Source: Octopus bimaculoides (taxonomy: Eukaryota). From it: 64,000 nucleotides of DNA. Positions 54,865 through 64,000 of this stretch are shown here, one piece after another. The notes beneath the pieces were generated by a model. The model saw nothing but the letters and a program-made list of their open reading frames with translations, was not told the DNA's origin and made no database searches. The stretch lies in the NCBI RefSeq assembly GCF_001194135.2, contig NC_068995.1, forward strand, positions 54,832,812 to 54,896,811, read 5' to 3'. The translations under genes were made by a program, and so were the position numbers. Each line of letters starts with the position of its first letter. Position 1 is the first letter of the stretch.

Positions 54865-55470
54865 TAGACTGTTGGAAAGGCAGAATATCTAGCATTCAGC
54901 TAAACAGATAAACTTAGATGCCAAGAACCCTCCTAGAGCTGTACTGAACTGGGTTTTATGCCTATTTCCTCTATCCATCCATTCAGACATTTAGGGATAG
55001 TTCCCAATGCACCTATAACTTCTGGGATACATTTTACCTGCACTTTCCATAGTCTGTGTAATTCAATGGCGAGATCCTGGTACTTTGCTATTTTTTTCTA
55101 TACCTCTCATTGATTTATTCATCATTTGGGACTGTAATGTCAATTACCTGGCACTTTCTCTTCTTTCTATCAGCTGCTACTAAATCAGGCCTTCTAACTT
55201 CTATTACACTGTCAGTCTGAATGTTAATGTCTCATAACATCTTGTATTTCTTACTTTCTAGTATTTTACTAGGTTCACGTTCATACCATTTGTTAGTATT
55301 TTCAAATCCTAGCTTTCTACATAACAGCCAGTGGATTACCCTCCCTAAGTTGTCATATATTTTCTTGTATTCTTTCTGTTCCAGCATACTAAATTCAGTT
55401 ACTATATGAGTAACACTTTCCCCTTTTGATTTGCGTAACACTGTCCTCTTTTGGTTTGCTCCTAACAAAT
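54865..55470 (-). mobile_element. R4/Dong-clade LINE 3' remnant
   Basis: GESVTHIVTEFSMLEQKEYKKIYDNLGRVIHWLLCRKLG...WYEREP...IQTDSVIEVRRPDLV...AKYQDLAIELHRLWKVQVKCIPEVIGALG. Confidence 0.9.
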
Positions 55471-57639
55471 ATTCTGTCTCCCTTTTGCTCCTAACATTAA
55501 ACTTACTGCATACATTTCAGATTATGAACCTATTTCACATTTAATTACAGCACGTATGTTCGTATGTATTTATGAATACACACGTATATGAATGATTGAA
55601 TATGCATAGAAGTATGTATTAACACATCACATTATATAAAACGGAAATTTATAATTGAATGTGAGAGGTGTTTGTTGGATGATGTAGTCTTACGTATGCA
55701 ATGCTCGAGGAAAGTACACGATACTGTTTTGTAAGGCTTCGATCATATATCATTGATGTCAGAGCCAATTCGCGGACAATTCCCACAACTACCGTGACGA
55801 CTGTTATATTAATCACTACGAACAATAACAAGTAAATTAAAATGTTAATAATGATGGAAAGTTTTAATCTGGAATAGTGGCCGGTAAATAATCGTAACTG
55901 AATTGACACGACCGATAATCGTGCGATATAATTTATCGCTCCAAGTCATTTAGTGGTAAGGAAACTAGGATGAATCGGTGTCACGAATACATTCATCACC
56001 AATCACAATCCTTTACAGCTGAACAACAATATACCATTTGCAAGGATTGGAATATCTAAAAGATGTAAGGATGTTGTTTATTAGCACCGTGTGTGTGTAT
56101 CATATTGGCATGGAAACAATTTAATATCTTCACTCAATAGCTAAGCCATCACCGAAATATTAAACATTCGTGTCAGAATTACGAAAAGTTAATTATATAT
56201 GAAGTCAATTCTTAACATAAGCTGGAAAACATATTTAGTATGCTAATATTGGAGAACAAGTTATTACTTCTCGCACCTCTATACTATTGCTGAACTGTAG
56301 GAATTATTAAATTAGAGCATAGAAATTTAAATATATTCTGTTCAATCACGGTGCACATTCACGCGCATATGATAGAAAATAGTATACTGATCTAATATGT
56401 TTCAAGCTGCTACTTTATATTATGCCAAAGCTGCATTGAATAATTACGTTTTTATACACTGGAAAATTAGCATTTTCTCATAAATTAAAGAAGAAAGTAA
56501 AAGATAACTTTACAAAATTGAAGCTGACATTTCCGTTAGGACATCTATTTTAAATGTTTAAATGTTATAAATTTTACATTGCAGTCCATTTTCCCGTAAT
56601 TTCTGGGAAGACGAAGAATGGAAATGAAACAAGTGACGTGCGATTACATATACTGACTCACTTTAAACAGATTAGAATGGCCGACAAAGAACGGAACGTG
56701 TAGTATTTTTTGTGTTTACAACATTTTCGACCTAACTGTATAGATTTGTAACTCGACGGAACAGTAAATCACGTGTTAAATCATGACTACAGAAAATCTT
56801 CCATTACAAAGGAAGTGGAACTCACTCGTTATCCGTCACTTCTACCATGTAGTTTCCTCATTTATAGTAGTGCCACGATTGATAATATTTTTCAAATAAA
56901 TCTACGTGTTATGAGAGAATTTTGTGTATGTGACTTCATTCTACATGTTCATAGGTTGGTACATAATCTCTCAGATTTGTTGTGATGCATATAACCAAAG
57001 TTAATATTTACCATATATGTATTTTTAATATACTTCTAATTGCCTTCGATGTAGACACCTAAATGAATTTCAAGTCATCATTTCGATCAGTACTGCTTTT
57101 ACGTGCCATAAATTTCGAATAGCTTGTATGAATATAAATATATATCTCGGTTGCTGTGTTTATTTAGATTTTAATACAGCTAGTGTGAAGATATGTTCAC
57201 TAAAATTATTAATCTTAAGTAATCGATGAAGGCCAATACCGTTTCTTACATAGGCAAAACTGTAAACTAATTTATGAAAAACATATTAGATATTAACTAA
57301 TATTTCTTGGAGGACTTAAAAATAGCATGCTGTGGAATGAAATAAAAAATAGTTCACCAGCATTTTAGTGTATATAACTTTGTTCAGGTGTTGCAAATCA
57401 TTGGTAAGATTGAACACTGAGTTGCTGAACTGAAGACGTTTTATGGAGCAGAGACGAATATTGACATATTTGCTAGTTTTATATTGCATGGTTTTTTTTA
57501 GGAACGTAGTACTACATGTCATGAAACATTGCTTTTAGTCCAGAAGCGAGTTAGTTGGGAATTTTAAGTAAGGCTAGTAGTGAAACAAGGACAGTTATTT
57601 TCCAATAAAATGAACAGCAAAAATGGTTAAACAGCCATG

Positions 57640-58070
57640 TTATCAGTATCGAATCTTGAAACCAGATGCTGTGATGGAAAACCAGAAGTGATGTTGACAA
57701 ATTATATGTCTCAAGAAAGAAAGGATGGGTATGACTGATTAGTTGGTGAAAGATGTCTCAGAAAAGATGAGAATAGTATAGATTGGTACATAGCGCATGC
57801 TAACGAATCATTGCTTTTGAAAGTGAAAAAGTTAAATTGGATGATAATTGGAGATTGCATGGAATCGTCTGTATGTAGGATGGAGAAACAAACTGAGGCT
57901 CAAAGAAGTTGGAAAAGAAAGAGTATTTAGGGGCAATTATACAGAAGCCGAAACAGATTTGTAGAAGAGGAGTGCATTATGCGAAAAAGTAATCTTAAAC
58001 CAGAAACAGAAGCTTTAATTGGTGGCACAAAAGAGGAAGCCCTGAGGACAAATGAACGAAACATGACAGT
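57640..58070 (+). mobile_element. R4/Dong-clade LINE remnant (post-RT region)
   Basis: SDVDKLYVSRKKG...W...GQLYR...KSNLKPETEALIGGTKEEALRTN. Confidence 0.8.
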
Positions 58071-58679
58071 TATAAGACGAAAATTATTACACAGCGTGAC
58101 TATTTATAATGCTTATGGAAGCAATATTTCTCTGAAACGTCAATGAGAAAGGTCAGTTAGAATTATAATACCTCGATTTGGAAATGCATAAAATTTAATG
58201 ATTTCAGATAAATTATGTAGTCATTTACAACGTCTTGATCATAGTTAAACTAAACAGATAAATAAATGCATATCGCATTTTGAATCAAATTCTAATAAAT
58301 GGTAAGTCGGATATATTTTTATTAAGTTAATGTATTTCCGTTATCAGTAGTTGATACCAAGTTATTTCAAGATTATATAATCTGGATGATGGAATTTGTA
58401 TCATAATATCTGTCATAAATATTTTCCCTGGTGTTTATAACAGAGTATATATTTGGCGCTAACGAATATTGTATATATCAGAACCGAATATTTTCATATT
58501 TGGAAACATTATATTACAGGACAATTGTTCGGAACGTAATACTACATATAAAAGATTGCATTTAGTCCAGAAACGAGTTACTTCGAAAATTTCAGCAATG
58601 TCAGTGGTGAAATGATTACAGTCATTTTTCCTTTAGAATGCAGAGGAAAAGCTTTACACGGCCACGATATCAGTGTCAA

Positions 58680-58960
58680 AAATTTGGAACCAGATACTGT
58701 GGTAGAAAACTAAAATGATAAGATCGTGTGGGTCTTCGTTATAAACACTGACCATAATATCGAGACAAGAAAACCGGACATGATTATAGAGGGCAAAATA
58801 AATAAAAACTGCAAGGTCATAGATTTTGCAATTCCCTCTGGTAGCAGAATTGATACGAAATAAATGGGGTAATTTGAGAAATACCAAGATCTAGGTAGAG
58901 TCCTGAGGAGACTGTGGAGTTCCAAGACAAAAAATAGTATTGTAGATGAAAAGAATGAAA
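58680..58960 (+). mobile_element. R4/Dong-clade LINE remnant (RLE domain), collinear with 57640-58070
   Basis: EPDTVVEN*NDKIVW...TDHNIETRKPDMII...KVIDFAIP...EKYQDLGRVLRRLW. Confidence 0.8.
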
Positions 58961-59164
58961 TAAAATAATTAGACCAAGCCCAAACATGCAAACGCTTTGG
59001 AATCAATGGACTAGATTCGGAAAAAACGAACAAGAATGAATGAGAAGATAAAGAAGGACTACCATAGATGAGCAGGATTACTACTTGAGACAGAGTTCTA
59101 CGTTCAAAGTAAAATGATAAGTATCGATACTCTAAACGTCCTTTTAAACATACTTTTCTTTAAG

Positions 59165-59405
59165 GGGACTATCGGACCAGGATAATTATACCCCCCCCCT
59201 TAATTCACCTCTCTACCTCTCCTTCAAACTCACTCCTGGCATGTCCTTTCAAGGTATGCTGGTAACAGCTCAGTTTGTTCTTCAGTATTGAGGCCTCCTC
59301 TTTCCACCAACACTCTACTGTCCACTGCTGACTGTTGAACACTGCCTGAAAATCTTTGTCCTCAATGGTGGAAACAGTATAACCCCCCATGGAGCTTTGC
59401 AGACT
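59165..59405 (-). mobile_element. Probable LTR-retrotransposon pol fragment just upstream of RT
   Basis: Open, protein-like stretch IEDKDFQAVFNSQQWTVECWWKEEASILKNKLSCYQHTLKGHARSEFEGEVER*IKGG; the assignment is recalled similarity only. Confidence 0.35.
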
Positions 59406-59730
59406 CAGCGCTTGTTGATGTTTAAGTTCCAATGAAGGAAAATTAGATCTAGGTTAGAAACCGGTTCTTTCTCTATAGGCAAGAAATCTTGAAATAACCT
59501 GAATAATGACATACTCACATAATGCATACATACAAACAAAAATACCTTGTTGTTGATGTTGAAATTCCAATAAAGGAGCCTTCGATCTAGGTTAGAAACC
59601 AGCTCTTTCTCTATTGGCAAGAAATCTTGAAATAAAACAGAATANNNNNNNNNNTCTATTGGCAAGAAATCTTGAAATAAAACAGAATAATGACATAATA
59701 CATACATACATACATACATACATACATACA
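59405..59730 (+). repeat. Tandem copies of a ~140-bp repeat with ACAT-rich tails
   Basis: Two units (about 59410-59530 and 59545-59645) plus a partial unit after a 10-N gap. Confidence 0.85.
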
Positions 59731-60260
59731 TGTAACTATTGGCTTTTGTTGAGGAAGGGAAATTTAACCAGCTCACCACAGATAGAAATAAATGCATTGG
59801 TCTGAAACTGAATGAAGTCCGGGAATAGAGGTTTGGTTGTTCGATTGCGCTTGTATTCACGCAACACCATTAATATGTTAAAACAAAGTAGCTTTCATGT
59901 TCGATATTTGCTAATATTGTTTTGCATCCAATCAGAAAATTATAGCAGGAATTGACAATGGTGTTGGAGATTATTTATATATTTGTAGTTTAAATGGTCG
60001 TAACTTTCTATGCTGCAGGGAGGCCTCTCCAATGCCTAGATTGGGTAATATGTGACATCATGTTTTGGCTTGGGTTTATGTGATACTGGTGAACATTGAA
60101 TTCTTTGAAGAGCATGAATATGTCTGTTTTTGTAGTTTTGGCTTTAGTTTATAACCGTCACACACATGACCATTAGACAAGCAATATATATTGTCGCCGC
60201 CAAAAGAAAGAAAAAATACAAACTTATGTATGTGTATGTATGCATTTATATGTGCGTCTG

Positions 60261-60303
<43 letters not shown>

Positions 60304-62587
60304 ATATATATTCCTATGATATATGTATTTTATATATACATATGTATGAGACGTGTATACGTATCTCATACACACACAAGCGGACAAGTACACGTTTATA
60401 TTCACATACACACATACATACATACATATGTACAAGTATACCCATGCCTGAAATTGTATATATTGTTTTCTCGGTATAAAAATTTCACAGACGCAGCTAT
60501 TGAGTGTCAATGTATCATAAAACGATACGGAAGAAATCCAACCACACTATCGAAATATACTTTACAATTACGCAAAAATAAAAGAGGTATATGGCGTTAT
60601 AAAATGCTAATACAACGGGATTTTCAAAAATGATATTTTACCACATCAAAAATGTATTTGTACTACAAAAAAAATATATTTCGAGACATCAAAACAATAT
60701 TCGGACGCAAATTAGCTATATCTATTACACACGAGAGAAACAATGGTCCGACATTTTCAGATAAAAAACATACTTATATGATTTGTCATCATTGATGTGT
60801 GCGTAGAAATAATGAAAATGGAAAGAGATGATTGATACATATCAACGAACTGGACATTTGATTATATTTTTATTTTATCATCCTGCTTTGGAAAACAAAG
60901 TTCTGTATATTTTATGAATTATGATAGGTTAGATGAGTATCTGGGAACTAGCTTAATGGTATGTGTTGAATACGCAAATAGCTATAATTATCTCTAACCA
61001 TTTTCTATGCTGTGTATTTCCTGGTAATTCATCGAAATATTACCGACGGTGTATGTAAAGGCTCCACAAAATTGCTTTGGGTTTTGCATAATTTATCTTA
61101 ATAAATTGTCATTGATTTAGATTCGTAATGATTATTTAGCGGAAATTCCATTGCAATGATATGAAAGCTAATTGAAAATCTTGTTAGAGAAGTACTTTTC
61201 AAGATATTTTGAAAATGTTACACATGGTATTCATTGTAAATTAATTATTCAAAACAGAATTTGTTTTAAAATATTCAGTTTATTTCATATTCCAGGGTTT
61301 CACCATTTGCTTTAACAAAAATATGGAATCTTTTATTTATAGATTTATTTATTTAGTTTTTTTTTTTTATCCCAATGCATTGTAAATTAAATCGAAGCTT
61401 GGTTTCATAGATAGTAGTATAACTACTTTTGGCTTGGTGGTTTTCTATGTCTTTATTATTGAGGTTCCATCAAATTGTGGTTGATCAAACTCTGCATGAA
61501 ACTATGGAGAGAAAGAAACGAGAACTCTTTAAAAACCGAGCATTAATAACTTACAAACTACAATCAATAATCCAAATTTTCGGTCACTGTTTAGATGGAT
61601 ATACATTCGACTCTCTTGTACATGACACTGATCTATTGCAGACAACTTTTCCAATTATATAACATGAAAGTAGTTATTGACCAAGCTACAGTATATTACA
61701 GTAGAATAATTCTTTAAACTTCTCTAAATCTGAGTATGGAAAATTTAGTCATATGATACATTTATGGACACAAATTTGTATTATAATGATATTTGAAAAG
61801 AAAGTGACATCTGAGAATTATTTTTCATTACGCATTTTCCTTTACATTTACCAGAACCGTTGTATGTTTTCGTGTTATATTTCTGCTGGTGTAAATCTTA
61901 AACCCGTGCAGACAAGGGTTTTCCAAGTCTTAAATATCGCTGAGGTGCATAGTATTTTAGAAGGCACTTCTATTACAGTGCAGTTGTTTGCATATAATGT
62001 GTTAGTAAAAAGACCTGTAAAATGAGCGTCTGTAGAATTAATATAACCTGAAGATAGAAAAAAATCAGATGGAAGTATAAAGATGAAGTCTTAAACACCA
62101 AGAAAATTGATATACCTTTAGCAAATAACCGTTAGCCGATTGCAGCTACGAAATTTCATTAATCCTCTGAAAATTTACAATTGAAGAGAAGATAGTACAA
62201 GAAAACAAACTGAGCTGATGTCAGAAGATGTAATTCTATTTTCCTACATTTCTGAGGAAAGATGAGAACAATAATCTGCTGGTGGAAACGTGAGCCACAT
62301 TCTAAGCAAATCTAAGACTACCTGTTCAAAGAGAATGCAAGAGAATCTGATGATGAAAACCGACCGGGACATCTTACAAATAGATTCGATAGAAACAAAG
62401 AAAGATAACATTTCAAGTATAATAACTTGTGATTCTGTCTCCTGCAAAAGTTACAAAATTAAAGAGTGAATCTTTGAATGCACCTACAAGTCAAGGAATT
62501 TGAAAGCAAGTTTACCATCAACAAAATTTTAAGGCAATTAGATTTATTAGAAATCACGCATTATGATGAAGTAATAGATTATCATCA

Positions 62588-62758
<171 letters not shown>

Positions 62759-64000
62759 TGTTGTTATATTTGTTGTTTTTGTCCTTGTTGCTGGTCGTTA
62801 CTGATTGTATTGATGTTGTTAGCGCAATAGTTTTCCTTTGGCCGTAAGGTGCAAGAAAGCACAAATTGGTGAGTAAGATTATTAAACAGCCACCTACCGG
62901 AATACTGTATATCTAATATACTCCTCGGTGAAACATTAGGTTCTACTTTTGGTGAGTTAGATCTCAGACGTAAAGATGCATACTTAATACATCTTATTCA
63001 TATTGGATTTTTCTTTGATTAATACTGTGTATGACTATTCTTCATTTTATTATACAATGATTTCAAATGTAAAATAATATTTGCTATGAAGAATGTTTGC
63101 CTAACTTCGAATATACGTTAAATATCGCTTGCAATATGAGAAGATAAATAAGTCTTATACGATACTGTTGGTCACATAGTACTCTTCGTAGCCGAAAGAG
63201 GCTATAACGGGATTTTAAAAATAATATTCGGTAGAATAATATTTAACGGCAATCATGTTCTCAATAGAATATAAAAAAATGACAAGATGCCCTTTCATAT
63301 TATATATGTTTGAACGTAACATTCCATCATGTATACATGCTACTATACAATCGTATGTTTGTGCGCACACACGCGTGCAAGTATGTGTTGGCACACGTGT
63401 GCACGTCTGAATTTTAATATTAACTACCATACGCTTTCGCTGTTGCTACAGCCGCTATATATAAATATCAATTTGATCAAATATATTTCGAGACACTTAC
63501 AGCTGGATCCCACATAGATTTGTGTATTTTAGAACTAAATAACAGAATAGAATAAATATAATAATAAATGTATAATATGTAATAAATATATAGTTTAACA
63601 TTTACATTTGACAATATAATACTGATATATCAAGAGCTATTTATGATGATTTCGTGCTGCGTCAAACTTCGACTATTTAAAATATTATCTTTTATTTACA
63701 TTCTCTTGTAATTTTGTATTCTTTACTTATAATCACATGCCATGTATTAATAGGTATCTACTATATTAAAATGGCAAAGTATCAATATAATACTGTGCAT
63801 GATAAATGAACTCAGAAGTGAATAATATTGATCTGATGCACGTAATTGATTTACATGTAGGTTGGTATTTAGCTAAATGTAATTAACATGAAAAAATAAA
63901 ATCTGCGTGTTTTTTTTTTCATTTACTTCAAGAAATTCCTTAAATAATTTTTTGGTATTGCAACTTAATGTACTCTGATCGTAAAAGAGAAAAAGATAAA

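Noticed and set aside
57428-57470. CTGAAGA...GAAT with a possible 4-bp stem II
   Set aside because: No stem I, stem III or NUH; probably chance.
59620-59695. Apparent third tandem unit of the 140-bp repeat
   Set aside because: The same 35 bp occur on both sides of a 10-N gap, which suggests an unmerged contig overlap.

Overview
AT-rich eukaryotic DNA with many assembly gaps and dense microsatellites. The SINE/LINE repertoire resembles an octopus (coleoid cephalopod) genome; this is an inference from recalled repeat families, not a database match. No intact protein-coding gene can be established, and nearly all ORFs in the supplied track are artefacts of N-gaps, microsatellites or decayed transposons. 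The recognisable content is a transposon graveyard: R4/Dong-clade LINE remnants with restriction-like endonuclease motifs, CR1-type RT fragments, a Penelope-like RT remnant, Tc1 and mariner transposase fragments, MITEs, two tRNA-derived SINE families and an LTR-type pol fragment. The most notable signals are hammerhead-ribozyme cores in repeat-derived DNA (best at 15734-15793 minus, also 1729-1771, 7789 and 9428), the association of Dong remnants with (AAT)n tracts, and a few unverified exon candidates. I found no convincing evidence for a new biological system.
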